A DNA stretch of 64,000 nucleotides from an uncultured Methanomicrobiales archaeon (GTDB taxonomy: Archaea; Halobacteriota; Methanomicrobia; Methanomicrobiales; Methanospirillaceae). Positions 1 through 10,985 of this stretch are shown here, piece by piece (the stretch's first letter is position 1; each line of letters starts with the position of its first letter). Where the stretch lies: NCBI GenBank assembly GCA_963697895.1, contig OY969100.1:576001-640000 (forward strand). Reading direction: 5' to 3'. The notes beneath the pieces were generated by a model, which saw only the letters and a program-made list of their open reading frames with translations, had not been told where the DNA came from and did no database searches. Both the position numbers and the translations under genes were made by a program.

Positions 1-443
1 CTGATAAGACCCCGTGAGAGGAGACACTGGATGCCATTGGTACCACTCGTCTCCTCATCACAGACAAATGCGAATCCGGCGTCCGGTTCTTCTCCCGTGT
101 CCAGCAGGGATCGATATGCCGTAAGGAAAGCCGCACATCCCCCTTTCATGTCGGTGGAACCCCGTCCCCATACATATCCGTCGTGAATTGTTCCTGAAAA
201 TGGAGGGAATTTCCACCCGTCGGTCATTGCCGGCACCACGTCGACATGGCCGCAGAGGAGGAGCCGGTATCCCTTTTCGGCACTTACCAGATTACACCTG
301 CCGCCGTGATTGGCGATGATCATCGTCCGGACCCCGAGGCCGTCGAGATATCCCATGATGAAATGGATGATCTCTTCCGTGTTACCGGGGGGGTTTTCAC
401 TCCGGATTCGCACCATTTCTGCGCAGAGGCGGTCGACATCCAT
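1..443 (-). CDS. M20-family metallopeptidase (ArgE/DapE-like), N-terminal part; runs off the window edge
   Basis: Hand translation from ATG at 443: MDVDRLCAEMVRIRSENPPG...LLCGHVDVVP...VWGRGSTDMKGG...CDEE, the M20 zinc-binding motifs. Not in the ORF track. Confidence 0.85.
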   Translation of the reverse strand, partial: MDVDRLCAEMVRIRSENPPGNTEEIIHFIMGYLDGLGVRTMIIANHGGRCNLVSAEKGYRLLLCGHVDVVPAMTDGWKFPPFSGTIHDGYVWGRGSTDMKGGCAAFLTAYRSLLDTGEEPDAGFAFVCDEETSGTNGIQCLLSRGLI

Positions 444-455
444 CGTTTTTGGCTC

Positions 456-965
456 CTAGGAAGTCTTCGATGAGAGATACTCGTGGAATTTCAGGGAAAG
501 CGATGCATCCCCATAGAGGCTCTTCAGGAACTCCTGATCAAAGAAATCCTCGATCATCCGGTAAAATATGGCCGGAGGGATAGGCTGGTTGCTTTCCGGA
601 TCGAGGACGATCCGGAAGCTCCGGTATTCCGCGGGATCTTCCCTGTCATAGACCCGTCTCCAGAGGAGAGGAAGTTTTCCAAACGTATCCGGATACCTGC
701 CCTTCAGCCAGGGAATAAAGGCCGGGAAGTGAACCCTCGCTCCCTTCTTCTCCTCATCGATCCGCCACCGGAGATATTCCCCGGCGAGAATTGTCTTCGG
801 GGACTGGTAACTGTAGGACATTACCCCCAGGGTATAGTCGATGTGTGCAAGTGCATCGATATAATAAAAATAGAGAACCGGGTGGAAGAGCGAGGTATCA
901 TGGAGGACGAGAGACTTCTCGTACAGGTGGGAGAGGATATGCTGGTATTCGCTACTGCCATTCAT
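456..965 (-). CDS. conserved hypothetical protein
   Basis: 169-aa ORF co-oriented and tightly packed between moaA and the M20 gene. Confidence 0.65.
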   Translation of the reverse strand: MNGSSEYQHILSHLYEKSLVLHDTSLFHPVLYFYYIDALAHIDYTLGVMSYSYQSPKTILAGEYLRWRIDEEKKGARVHFPAFIPWLKGRYPDTFGKLPLLWRRVYDREDPAEYRSFRIVLDPESNQPIPPAIFYRMIEDFFDQEFLKSLYGDASLSLKFHEYLSSKTS

Positions 966-1045
966 GCCCTCCTATACGCGAACGATAGGTAAAATGATTA
1001 TGATACCGGATATCCGGGTCGTCCCCGGGTTAAACCGGCCTTTTA

Positions 1046-1930
1046 TTATTCATGGAAATAGGGTCTCCGCCGGGAAATTGCTTCCCGGAAACATGCCTCG
1101 AGTCTCCGGTCCCCGCTTTCCACGGACATCCACATGATTATCCGACCGGAGGAGGCAGGGTTTCAGTTTTCCATCCGACGTGACCCGGAGCCGGTTGCAA
1201 TATGCGCAGAATTCCGTGTTATGAAGCGGCCGGACAACCTCTACCTCAGCGCCGTCCAGACAATATTTTTTCCGGTGGTGCATCCTCCGGGTGATGATCT
1301 GGTTCGATCTTGCCGAAAGTTCATCCTCGAGGGCGTTCAGCTCGCCGTGGTAGTCACATCCGCGAAACTCCATCAGTTCGATCAGCTGAAGGATCAGGTT
1401 CCGGTTCCCCCGGACAAACCGGAGAAACGCATCTATCTCCTGATCATTGATCCCCTTCAGCACAACCATATTCAACTTGATCGGAGTCAGTCCGGCGGTA
1501 AGAGCGGCCTCTATTCCTTCCAGCACATCCCCGAGCCGATCCTGCCCTGTTATCTTCCGGTATGTCTCCGGATTCAGACTGTCCAGGCTGACATTAACCC
1601 GGGAAAGTCCCGCCTCCCGGAGATCGCCACGCACATTCGGAGAGCAGCGTCCCGTTTGTCGTCATCGAGCCTCTCCATGCCGGGGGGTACCGAACGGATG
1701 ATATCGACGAGATCGGATCGTAATGCGGGTTCACCTCCGGTAAATTTTACGCTTCGTATGCCAAATTCAGCACCGATACGCATGATTTCTGCGATATCGG
1801 CAGCGCTGATCAGTCCATCGCCTGCTTCTTCACCTTCCGCATGACAGTATATGCACGAGAGATTGCATGCCGGAGTCAGGCTTATCCGGAGATTACTCAC
1901 CGGTCTGTTATACGGATCCTTCAGAACCAT
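1046..1930 (-). CDS. moaA: GTP 3',8-cyclase MoaA (radical SAM); frameshifted in this sequence, probably assembly error
   Basis: MVLKDPYNRPVSNLRISLTPACNLSCIYCH and KFTGGEP in ORF 1574..2050; RVNVSLDSL and FCAYCNRLRVTSDGKLKPCL in ORF 1050..1634. Extra bases near 1630-1670 and near 1100 break the frame. Confidence 0.85.
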
Positions 1931-2513
1931 AAGCCCGGATGCAGTTTTTTGCAATGATATAGATCTCTGCGCTTCCTTTCCGGGAAGCCCGGCAACGGTA
2001 CGTCCTGACGGAAAAAAAATGCTTTCTCGTCTCGTTGAGAAGTTCTCCAAAATCTTCTCCCTGAAATGACTTTACCACAAAATTCCCGCCGGGTTTAAGC
2101 ATTGTGGACGCAAATGCGAGGGCTTCCATACCGAGTCCGATTGCCCGTGCCTGATCATAACTCCGGTGTCCGGAGAGCCGGGGAGCGGCATCGGAGATGA
2201 TGACATTCACGACGGGAACGGTTGCTCCGACGGATTTCTGGATCTCAGGCTCTGTGAAATCACCTGAAATGGTCAGGACCCCCTCTAACGGCGGAACCGG
2301 CGAGAGATCGATCCCGAGAACTATCCCATCCGTCAGGTTCCGTATCACCTGCAGCCAGCTGCCAGGGGCCGATCCCAGGTCCACAACGTTGTCATTTCGC
2401 CGTATGATCGAATACCTGTCCTGGATCTCCATCAGCTTGATCGCAGCACGGGAACGGTAACCCTCCTTCATTGCCCTGATATAAACACTGTCTTTACTCC
2501 ACCGTGACCCCAT
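1908..2513 (-). CDS. rlmE: 23S rRNA 2'-O-methyltransferase RlmE/FtsJ
   Basis: GYRSRAAIKL, VVDLGSAPGSW, ISDAAP and SRKGSAEIY motifs. Confidence 0.92.
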   Translation of the reverse strand: MGSRWSKDSVYIRAMKEGYRSRAAIKLMEIQDRYSIIRRNDNVVDLGSAPGSWLQVIRNLTDGIVLGIDLSPVPPLEGVLTISGDFTEPEIQKSVGATVPVVNVIISDAAPRLSGHRSYDQARAIGLGMEALAFASTMLKPGGNFVVKSFQGEDFGELLNETRKHFFSVRTYRCRASRKGSAEIYIIAKNCIRAYGSEGSV

Positions 2514-2611
2514 ACGATAAATCCCCGTCCGGACTACAGGCTGTAAGTCGAATCAGATATTATTAAAAATATGACGATACAGTTAATTATAGCTGATTAT
2601 AGGGGTGTGAG

Positions 2612-3355
2612 ATGTTAAAAGCAACGATAGATGCAGATATTTTAAAGGAATCCGTCGATGCAATCTCCGCGCTCGTCACGGAGTGCCGGTTGCATACCGA
2701 CGAGAACGGGATCTATACCAGAGCGGTCGACACAGCAAACGTCGCCATGATTGCCGTGAACCTGCAAAAGGAAGCCTTCGATTCCTATGTTGCAACGAAA
2801 GGGGAGATCGGCCTGGATATTGCCAAAATGAAGAACATTTTCGGCATGATCGGGAGAGATCAGCCGCTGAATCTGGAGCTCCCCGACGACGGACAGAAAC
2901 TGAAGGTCAGTTTCGAAGGGTACCGGTATTCGATCACACTCCTTGACGCCAACACCATACGAAAAGAACCCAATCCGCCGAATATCGAACTCCCGGGCAA
3001 AGTGGTCCTCTCCGGCAATGAGCTCAATAATGCAATAAAAGCAGCAGCAGTGGTCTCCGACAAGATCGCGCTCGGCATCGACTCCAAAACCCAGATATTT
3101 TATATGGTTGCCGAGGGGGACACCGATCACATAAGGCGTGAATTTGGGAAAAATGAGATCAAATCCATCAATGGTGTCGAGGCACGCTCCCTCTTCTCCC
3201 TTGACTACCTGAAGGATATGGGGAAAGTGATGAGCAGGGCGGAAGAGGTCGAACTCAGCCTCGGAACCGATCATCCGGCAAAATTCTCCTTTGCAATCGC
3301 GGGAGGGAAGGGGCATGTCGAATACCTTCTCGCCCCCCGGATCGAGGCTGATTGA
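2612..3355 (+). CDS. pcn: DNA polymerase sliding clamp PCNA
   Basis: RAVDTANVAM, SLFSLDYL and C-terminal YLLAPRIE; 247 aa. Confidence 0.96.
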   Translation: MLKATIDADILKESVDAISALVTECRLHTDENGIYTRAVDTANVAMIAVNLQKEAFDSYVATKGEIGLDIAKMKNIFGMIGRDQPLNLELPDDGQKLKVSFEGYRYSITLLDANTIRKEPNPPNIELPGKVVLSGNELNNAIKAAAVVSDKIALGIDSKTQIFYMVAEGDTDHIRREFGKNEIKSINGVEARSLFSLDYLKDMGKVMSRAEEVELSLGTDHPAKFSFAIAGGKGHVEYLLAPRIEAD

Positions 3356-4377
3356 TGCGGGTTCAGCTCGACCTGCACGATCTTGTAAAATATCCTTTTT
3401 TAAAAGAATCCCAGTCATTCGTGGCGGATACGACGGGGTCACTCGAACAATTTCTCGGGACGCATACCGGGAAGATAGCGCTGAACCATGCAGTCACCCG
3501 GGTTGACCAGGCCATTCACCCCCAGAGAAGGAATGCAAGAGAGATTGCCGATTCCTCTATGACAGACAAATTCGGGGTGAAACTAGCGGTGACGAGTTAC
3601 GCGCTTGCACGCGTGCTCGTCTCCTGTATCCGGGATCGCGCCATGATCGACCGGCTCTGCCGTTACGAGGCACAACGGGCATTTGATCTCCTGAGTGAGG
3701 AAGATCCGGAGAAGAAGGAATATGTCGCAGAGAGTATGGGGATGACGACGGAGAAAGAAATCCCCCTGGTCGCGTATATCGAGCTGGTTGCCGGAATGCG
3801 CGAGGACAGGTGGCGGCTGGTAAACCGGACTCTCGTATCGGGGAAGGTGATCGTCCGCCCTGAAGAAGGCGATGAACTTCTCCGGGAGCGGATTCGTCTG
3901 GTCCTGCATCGCCAGCTTCCCCTGGTGATACCGGAGAATATCTGCACCCTGCTTTCTCCTGCCACCGATCGGATCCGTCAGGTCTACCAGCAACAGATGA
4001 TGGAGCAGTTCGGTGCCGTCGACGAGGCCCGTTTTCCGCCCTGTATGCAGGCCCTGATCACCGCAATCACGTCCGGGATGAACATAAGTCACGCGGGACG
4101 ATTTTCTCTTACGGCATTTCTCCACAACATCGGAATGGATTCAACGCAGATTGTGGAACTATTCTGCCGCGCTCCTGATTTCGATGTCGCAAAAACACTC
4201 TACCAGGTTGAGCACATCTCGGGGAGAGGGGGGACAGAGTATACCGCTCCGTCATGTGCGGCGATGCGAACGACGGGGCTCTGTGTCAGGCGCGATGCGC
4301 TGTGCGAGCGGATCGGGCACCCTTTGAGTTACTATAAAGGGAAAAAAAAGCAGGAAAAAGAAAACATCCTTACGTAA
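3352..4377 (+). CDS. priL: DNA primase large subunit PriL
   Basis: FPPCM, HAGRFSLTAFL, YQVEHI, YTAPSC and HPLSYY (Fe-S domain); overlaps the pcn stop. Confidence 0.93.
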   Translation: MMRVQLDLHDLVKYPFLKESQSFVADTTGSLEQFLGTHTGKIALNHAVTRVDQAIHPQRRNAREIADSSMTDKFGVKLAVTSYALARVLVSCIRDRAMIDRLCRYEAQRAFDLLSEEDPEKKEYVAESMGMTTEKEIPLVAYIELVAGMREDRWRLVNRTLVSGKVIVRPEEGDELLRERIRLVLHRQLPLVIPENICTLLSPATDRIRQVYQQQMMEQFGAVDEARFPPCMQALITAITSGMNISHAGRFSLTAFLHNIGMDSTQIVELFCRAPDFDVAKTLYQVEHISGRGGTEYTAPSCAAMRTTGLCVRRDALCERIGHPLSYYKGKKKQEKENILT

Positions 4378-4625
4378 TTTTGCCGGTGATCCTGAACCCC
4401 GCTACACTCATGATCATGATAAACCCGATGAGTGCGATGAGATACGCAATTCCCGGGTTCATCAGAAGGGGCAGGGTGATGAGCAGGATGACGAATACAA
4501 GGAAGCTTCCGATTGCCAGGACTATGTCGAGTGCCCGTGCGTTCATGCCCTGAATATATGCAACCGATCCTATATGGTACTATCCTCCACAGCCATTTTA
4601 TAGAAGAGCACCCGACCGTACGCGT

Positions 4626-5171
4626 ATGACCGCAGAGGAGCGCGAGCAGGTGCTGCACCAGCTGGGAGAAGCGGTCTCCCTGCTCATTGGTGGTATGCAT
4701 CCCTGTCTTATCCCTGAAGTCGGTTCCAATATCGTGTATGCGATCAGGGGGGCCCGCGATCCCAGGGATGTTGCCGCAGTAGCCGGCCGGATCGTGAAAC
4801 TGCAGGGGAAGCCCCACCCGGTCGGTCCGGTTGCTTTCGGTGCGAGCGACCATGTTGCGCGGGTCGTACTTACGGCGATGAAATGCGACCCGACCATCAG
4901 AAGTGCGGCAAACGTCCGTTATCACCCGTCAGTCATCAGAATCATCGAAGATCTTTTTTTTGACGTCCGTTCATTCGACCGCGGGAAGGAACCGCCGGGG
5001 ATCGCCACGATGGACTGGGGTGTGGCCTTCTGTTGTAAGGATGGCGTTCCAGATATCATCTTTGATCGCGGAGCGGTCGGGAAGGAGGCAATGATCCGTT
5101 TCCTCGGGGAGAACCCATCCGATGTGGCGAATAATATTATTAAGGTATCAACACGCATAATTCTAGAATAA
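4626..5171 (+). CDS. thiamine-phosphate synthase ThiN-family protein
   Basis: LIPEVGSNIVYA, AAVAGRIV, FGASDHVAR, RSAANVRY, PDIIFDRGAVGKEAMI. Confidence 0.85.
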   Translation: MTAEEREQVLHQLGEAVSLLIGGMHPCLIPEVGSNIVYAIRGARDPRDVAAVAGRIVKLQGKPHPVGPVAFGASDHVARVVLTAMKCDPTIRSAANVRYHPSVIRIIEDLFFDVRSFDRGKEPPGIATMDWGVAFCCKDGVPDIIFDRGAVGKEAMIRFLGENPSDVANNIIKVSTRIILE

Positions 5172-5187
5172 CCTGAGGAATATCTGC

Positions 5188-5379
5188 ATGGGAATTAAAC
5201 CTTCATACATCAAAACCATCGGCCTCGAGCTCATCGGAAGCTACGGCCACCGGTTTTCCCGCAACTTCGATGAGAACAAACTCGTCGTATCGGAAGTCAC
5301 GACGATAGAGAGTAAACGGGTACGAAACCGGGTTGCCGGATTTGTTACAAGAAAGATAAATACCGGAAGACATTCATAA
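5188..5379 (+). CDS. rps17e: 30S ribosomal protein S17e
   Basis: MGIKPSYIK...FDENK...SKRVRNRVAGFVT. Confidence 0.95.
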   Translation: MGIKPSYIKTIGLELIGSYGHRFSRNFDENKLVVSEVTTIESKRVRNRVAGFVTRKINTGRHS

Positions 5380-5387
5380 TCCTTCAT

Positions 5388-6263
5388 ATGTTCGAGGGAG
5401 TTCTTCCGGCAATCATCACTCCTTTTTTAAGGAATCCGTCCATTGACCTGGATGAAGACGGTCTGCGGGACAACATTGAATTCCTGGTCGGCCAGGGGGT
5501 CCATGGCATTGTACCCTGCGGTTCGACCGGGGAATCTGCGACACTGAGTTTCGAGGAACATGACCGGGTCATCGAGATTACCCTCGATGCGGTGAATGGA
5601 ACGGTGCCGGTCGTGGCTGGCACCGGTTCCAATAATACCGCCGAGGCGATCCGCCTGACGAAGGTTGCACGGGACCTTGGAGCCGACGGCGTCCTGGTTA
5701 TCAGCCCGTACTACAATAAACCGAACCGATCCGGCCTCATAAAGCATTACACAAAACTTGCTGATCTCGATATCCCGGTGATCATGTATAATGTTCCCGG
5801 GCGGACCGGCCAGAACCTCGATCCCGATCTTGTCGCGGAACTCGCGAAACACCCAGGTATCGTCGGTATTAAAGAAGCAAGCGGGAATATCAGCCAGATC
5901 TCACAGATCATTGAAATGACACTGGATGAAGACTTCCAGGTGATCTCGGGAGATGACAATATGACGCTTCCCATCATGGCACTCGGCGGGAGCGGGGTGA
6001 TCTCGGTTGCGGCCAATGTAGAACCTGCGAGAATGGTTGCGATGTTCGACAGTTTCTGTGACGCTGACCTTGAGACTGCCCTCGATCTTCATTTCGAGCT
6101 CTCCCCCCTGTTCCGCGCGATGTTCATCGATACGAACCCGATCCCGGTAAAGAAAGCGGTGGAAATCCGGGGGATGGCGGCAGGACCGGTCCGCCTCCCT
6201 CTCGACGAACTGGATGCAGCGAGGACCACAAAGCTTCGCGAGGTGCTTGCCTGCTATGATTAA
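5388..6263 (+). CDS. dapA: 4-hydroxy-tetrahydrodipicolinate synthase
   Basis: GSTGES, PYYNKP, YNVPGRTG, GIKEASG, TNPIPVK. Confidence 0.96.
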   Translation: MFEGVLPAIITPFLRNPSIDLDEDGLRDNIEFLVGQGVHGIVPCGSTGESATLSFEEHDRVIEITLDAVNGTVPVVAGTGSNNTAEAIRLTKVARDLGADGVLVISPYYNKPNRSGLIKHYTKLADLDIPVIMYNVPGRTGQNLDPDLVAELAKHPGIVGIKEASGNISQISQIIEMTLDEDFQVISGDDNMTLPIMALGGSGVISVAANVEPARMVAMFDSFCDADLETALDLHFELSPLFRAMFIDTNPIPVKKAVEIRGMAAGPVRLPLDELDAARTTKLREVLACYD

Positions 6264-7023
6264 CGTCGTCGTATGCGGCGCATTGGGGCGAATGGGAATG
6301 ACTATCGGGAGGATGGTGAACGAATCATCCGATCTTGCGCTTGTTGGGGGAGTCGACCTGAAGCCGGGCACATTCTTCGGGGTCGAGGTCGTGGAATCTT
6401 CACGAATCGATGACCTTCTTGCATCAAAAAAACCGGATATTATGATAGATTTTACCATCGCATCCGCAGCGGTCGAAAATATAAAGGCAGCCGCGCGAAA
6501 CAAGGCAGCCCTGGTGGTCGGTACAACCGGTTTCTCCCCGGAACAGAGAAAAGAGATAGATGCGGCGATCATTGGACAGGTACCCGCTGTCATATCGAGC
6601 AATTTCTCGATCGGGGTCAACATCTTCTGGCAACTCATCCGGGAAGCAGGGCGCCTGTTATCCGATTATGACATCGAGGTTCTCGAAGCCCATCACCGAT
6701 ACAAAAAGGATTCTCCGAGCGGTACGGCGAAGACCATTCTCCAGATCCTGGACGAAGAAGTCGGAGTACGCGAGAAAAAATATGGGCGCGAGGGGATGAT
6801 GGAACGCGGGAAAGAGATCGGTGTTCATGTCATTCGCGGGGGAGATATCGTCGGGGATCACGCTGTCCTGTTCTCGGGCAACTTCGAGACCATTCAGCTC
6901 TCGCATCGGGCATACGACCGCTCGGTCTTCGCACAGGGTGCCTTGAGGGCATGTCGGTTTGTCGTGGGACAAAAACCCGGGGTCTACGGGATGTCCGATG
7001 TGCTGCATCTCTCCCGGAAATAG
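6256..7023 (+). CDS. dapB: 4-hydroxy-tetrahydrodipicolinate reductase
   Basis: GALGRMG, IDFT, VGTTG, EAHHRYKKDSPSGTA; ATG at 6256 overlaps the dapA stop. Confidence 0.95.
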   Translation: MINVVVCGALGRMGMTIGRMVNESSDLALVGGVDLKPGTFFGVEVVESSRIDDLLASKKPDIMIDFTIASAAVENIKAAARNKAALVVGTTGFSPEQRKEIDAAIIGQVPAVISSNFSIGVNIFWQLIREAGRLLSDYDIEVLEAHHRYKKDSPSGTAKTILQILDEEVGVREKKYGREGMMERGKEIGVHVIRGGDIVGDHAVLFSGNFETIQLSHRAYDRSVFAQGALRACRFVVGQKPGVYGMSDVLHLSRK

Positions 7024-7092
7024 TCTTTGAAACAAGGCACAATGGAAACCTATTTTTATTTTTTTCGCATATTTACTAGGTGAAGTGATCAC

Positions 7093-7266
7093 ATGGTTGC
7101 AGTTATTGACAAAGAGAAGTGTACAGGGTGCGAAACATGTGTTGATGAATGTCCGGCCGTTGCGATCTGCATCGAAAAAGAAAAAGCACAGGTTGACAAG
7201 GATATTTGTGTCGATTGCGGTTCGTGCGTGGATATATGTCCCTCGGAAGCGATCTCCCTGGAATAA
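7093..7266 (+). CDS. 2x[4Fe-4S] ferredoxin (57 aa)
   Basis: Hand translation MVAVIDKEKCTGCETCVDECPAVAICIEKEKAQVDKDICVDCGSCVDICPSEAISLE, with two CxxCxxCxxxCP motifs; below the ORF-track cutoff. Confidence 0.93.
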   Translation: MVAVIDKEKCTGCETCVDECPAVAICIEKEKAQVDKDICVDCGSCVDICPSEAISLE

Positions 7267-7312
7267 GAATCCAACGCTTTAATTACTCAGATGATATCAG
7301 CTATTTTTGATT

Positions 7313-8329
7313 ATGATTAATGTTGGAGTCCTCGGCGCGACGGGTGCAGTGGGACAACGGTTCGTGCAACTTCTGTCCGATCACCCCTGGTTCAAACTCA
7401 CGACACTCACCGCTTCTGACCGGAGTGCGGGAAAACCATATGGTGATGTGGTAAACTGGCGTCTTGACGTGCCGTTTCCTGAAACGACCGCCCGGATAAA
7501 AGTCAGCCCAACCGCGATCGAAAATCTGAAGGACGTTGATCTCGTGTTTTCCGCGCTTCCAGCCGAGATTGCGGGGGAGATCGAAACCTCTTGTGCTGAT
7601 TTCGGGATCGGGGTTTGCAGCAATGCCAGTTCCCACCGTATGAAACATAACATTCCTCTCGTGATACCGGAGGTGAACCCCGATCACCTTGGCCTGATCG
7701 ATATCCAGCGTGATAAAGGAAGGGACGGGTTCATCGTTACCAATCCGAATTGTTCCACCATCATGTTGTGCATGTCCCTCGCTCCCTTCCGTGCCTACCC
7801 ATTCTCCGATCTCAGGGTGGCGACCATGCAGGCGATCTCCGGCGCAGGGTTCCAGGGGGTTCCGGCGATGGCGATCTATGATAACGTCATTCCCTATATT
7901 GGATCCGAGGAGCAGAAGATGGAGACAGAGACCCTGAAGATCATGGGCACGCTTGATGGGGCCAGTATCACCGATGCTTCATTTACGGTGAGCGCGAGCT
8001 GCCACCGGGTACCGGTACTGGATGGTCATACCCTGGCGGTCTGGGTGGATGCGAAGGCGTCCCTGGACGAGATGAAATCCGCGTTTAAAGGCTACCGGCC
8101 ACCAATAAAAGACCTGCCAAGTCAACCGGAGAAATCGGTTGAATATCTTGCGGACCAGGATCGGCCGCAGCCCCGTCTTGACCGACTCCGTGGAAAGGGT
8201 ATGACCGTCTCGATCGGACGACTCCGGGAGGGGTTCCGTTATATTGCCATGGGACATAATACCATACGGGGAGCGGCGGGGGCTTCCGTGCTGAATGCCG
8301 AGCTGATCTATTCAAAGAAGTATCTTTGA
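7313..8329 (+). CDS. asd: aspartate-semialdehyde dehydrogenase
   Basis: [41 protein letters not shown]. Confidence 0.96.
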   Translation: MINVGVLGATGAVGQRFVQLLSDHPWFKLTTLTASDRSAGKPYGDVVNWRLDVPFPETTARIKVSPTAIENLKDVDLVFSALPAEIAGEIETSCADFGIGVCSNASSHRMKHNIPLVIPEVNPDHLGLIDIQRDKGRDGFIVTNPNCSTIMLCMSLAPFRAYPFSDLRVATMQAISGAGFQGVPAMAIYDNVIPYIGSEEQKMETETLKIMGTLDGASITDASFTVSASCHRVPVLDGHTLAVWVDAKASLDEMKSAFKGYRPPIKDLPSQPEKSVEYLADQDRPQPRLDRLRGKGMTVSIGRLREGFRYIAMGHNTIRGAAGASVLNAELIYSKKYL

Positions 8330-8339
8330 GGGGTGCATC

Positions 8340-8618
8340 ATGCTGAAAGACAACACAGTATTCGTGGGAAACAAACCAGTCATGAACTATGTTCTCGCAG
8401 TCGTTACTCAATTCAATAATGGAGCGTCGGAAGTTGCAATTAAGGCTCGTGGTAAGGCGATCTCAAGGGCAGTAGACACAGCCGAGATAGCGCTGAACAG
8501 GTTCCTTGACGGAGTCAGTAAAAAAGAGATCATGACCTCGACGGAAGTAATCGATACTGACAGCGGGAAGACGAATGTTTCGAGCATCGAGATCGTTCTC
8601 ACCAATCTAAAGGAATGA
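8340..8618 (+). CDS. albA: DNA/RNA-binding protein Alba
   Basis: [33 protein letters not shown]. Confidence 0.95.
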   Translation: MLKDNTVFVGNKPVMNYVLAVVTQFNNGASEVAIKARGKAISRAVDTAEIALNRFLDGVSKKEIMTSTEVIDTDSGKTNVSSIEIVLTNLKE

Positions 8619-8853
8619 ATCGGGTAAAACCGTATCGGGTCTTCGTTTATCTCTACGTGTAGAACCGGAAGTACCGTGGGAATTGAATTTACCTGTACAG
8701 AATTTTTTTGAGCGTGCCTTCCTGAACAACTCCGAAACTCCCTGTCTGGGGATCGATTATTTTATGCCGGAACCGCGTAGTTCGATGATCGGCATGCGTG
8801 GTTAATTGTATAACCAGAAAGGATATATCGGAATGCCTCAGATCCTAAAGTAG

Positions 8854-9309
8854 ATGAAAGGCCTGGTCATACCGATACTCATAGTTTTCATTATCGGTCT
8901 TTCAACGCCTGTTGTTGCGTTGAACGAGGAAAAATTCAGTTATGTAACGGTACAGCAAGTGGATGTCTTCCTCGACAATGCCACCGCCGACATTAAGATG
9001 AATTATACCATCGATGATGGTACGCAGTTTATTTTCGTTCTCCTGGGCAAACAGGACCTGAAGAGCAAGGTGCTCAAAATCCTGAATTTTGAAGACGCAA
9101 CGGTAAAGAGTATTGAGATGAACCACGCCGAGATACAGGTGAACGATGCCTCGTATACATACGGCCGGGGAATTTACTGGTTCCCCAGTCACGATTTTAA
9201 TGTGAACATCCCCGATTTGAACATTCATACGCCCCAGACAACCCGACATTTCTCAAATGTAAGCCAGTTTTCACAGGGAATCGGGTACTTCGATAGTTCC
9301 CGCCCATAG
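8854..9309 (+). CDS. hypothetical secreted protein
   Basis: 151 aa with an N-terminal signal peptide (MKGLVIPILIVFIIGLSTPVVA). Confidence 0.7.
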   Translation: MKGLVIPILIVFIIGLSTPVVALNEEKFSYVTVQQVDVFLDNATADIKMNYTIDDGTQFIFVLLGKQDLKSKVLKILNFEDATVKSIEMNHAEIQVNDASYTYGRGIYWFPSHDFNVNIPDLNIHTPQTTRHFSNVSQFSQGIGYFDSSRP

Positions 9310-9789
9310 GTGTTTGGCCCAGAAAGGATTTTATCAATTGATCTCCGGGGATCGGAGACACAGATACTCTTTCATACACGATTCATTCACGAAGCTGATG
9401 GAATTTTCAATTCCCGGAAATTCCCGGGGAATAATGATAATGAGTCGGCTTCCTCACCCATCTCTTTTCGTATTTCTTATAGCTCCCCTGACAGGTCTTG
9501 TATGAGAAAGGACGATATCGCTGCACTGTTTTTTCATGAAAGTCAGATAACTTGTCCATAGATCCCCGTGTATGAAATTGAGACAAAGCACTCCTTCCCG
9601 TATCCGTAAAGGTTGTGCTTTTCCAGGTAGCTTATTCATCAGATCTTCATGCACAGCATGGAGACTTGTTCCTGTCCTCCCCCTTCCCATGAAATCCTTT
9701 TCTGATCCCGCTGGTTGACACCTAAACTCCCGTTATCCGGCAGATAAAAGATCCCGAGAAATTTTCCACTCCCGTGGAGATGGAATCGC

Positions 9790-10923
9790 CTACATGACTT
9801 CGATTATCTGGGGTGGCCCGTGTTCCACGAGCCATTTGTCCATCAGGTGCTGAACCCCCATACCGGCGAACGCACAGATCAGCCCGCCGATGGTGACATA
9901 GACAAAAAACTGGAGGGCAGAATCCACGGTAAACGGGAAATCAGGGACATTACTCACGGCAATTACGTATACGCTCACTCCATAGAGAATGAGGCCGACT
10001 GCGCTGATAAAGAAGGGGAATACAATCACCTTGGCGAGTTCTTCCCTGTCGTAGAAGAAGTGATCGATGATGATGCCGATCGATGAGACGATACCTGCAA
10101 GTGTCATCCATAACACGGCACCATAAATGAAGGTGAGTAAATAGAGCAGTATTCCGAACGTGCCATCGGATGAATAATGGGTCAGCACACTCGTGAGACC
10201 CATGACGATTCCAACGATGACGAGCAGTATTCCCGCAATATAGGTGACAAACGAGATCCTCCCCCGTGTCAACGAGGTCTGTAATGCATTGATGAAGCCC
10301 CGCAGGCTATCGTCGAGGCCGATTCCCCGATAAAGGAAATACAAACCGATGGCTCCGACGACGAGGATAATCGCGACCTGCGGATAACCAAGGAGATAGG
10401 TAGCGGCATACAGGAGCATCGCGAGTCCGACGGGGATCAGGACAAGGCGGGCCACCTTCGGGTCGTTGAGAAATTTCTTGATTATATAATAGGTTCCCTC
10501 AAGATTCGGGATCTGTTTCACCACGACCCGCCGGATACTGGTCACCGGTAGCTTGGACTGGATGATGGGAACCACAAATTCGTCTTCAGCACCATCGGTG
10601 ACCACGATGCAGTTGGTGGAGCCCGTCTTCTGGATCACCTGCTCTAGGGATGCGCCGATCTTCCGGTCTCCTTCGAGCATATGCATATGATCGCCCGCGA
10701 TAACCGCAATTTCAACGTCCTCCCCCTGGGCAAGGAGTTCATCGTAGATCTTCACGGTCTGGAAGATAGCATTTACGTCAGAATCTTCCGGATCCGCTAA
10801 ACCCAGTGCATTTGCAGCATTCAGACACGCGGCGCGCCCAATCGCCGGGCTCACTATTTTGGCTTTAAAACCGATATCGTCGTCACGATCGACACTGAGC
10901 ACCAGTGTTCTACCCTGCTGCAT
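9790..10923 (-). CDS. DUF373-family membrane protein
   Basis: LVLSVDRDDDIG, LADPEDSDVN, VTDGAEDE, RRVVVKQ, then about six TM helices. Confidence 0.88.
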   Translation of the reverse strand: MQQGRTLVLSVDRDDDIGFKAKIVSPAIGRAACLNAANALGLADPEDSDVNAIFQTVKIYDELLAQGEDVEIAVIAGDHMHMLEGDRKIGASLEQVIQKTGSTNCIVVTDGAEDEFVVPIIQSKLPVTSIRRVVVKQIPNLEGTYYIIKKFLNDPKVARLVLIPVGLAMLLYAATYLLGYPQVAIILVVGAIGLYFLYRGIGLDDSLRGFINALQTSLTRGRISFVTYIAGILLVIVGIVMGLTSVLTHYSSDGTFGILLYLLTFIYGAVLWMTLAGIVSSIGIIIDHFFYDREELAKVIVFPFFISAVGLILYGVSVYVIAVSNVPDFPFTVDSALQFFVYVTIGGLICAFAGMGVQHLMDKWLVEHGPPQIIEVM

Positions 10924-10985
10924 CTATATAGAAATCGCGATGAATCTATTAAATTATTGCTTATCCCTGAAAGAGAAATGAGAGA

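Noticed and set aside
8720-8770. CCTGAACAAC...GATCGATTAT as a reversed sixth repeat copy
   Set aside because: Anchor spacing and the other motifs do not match.
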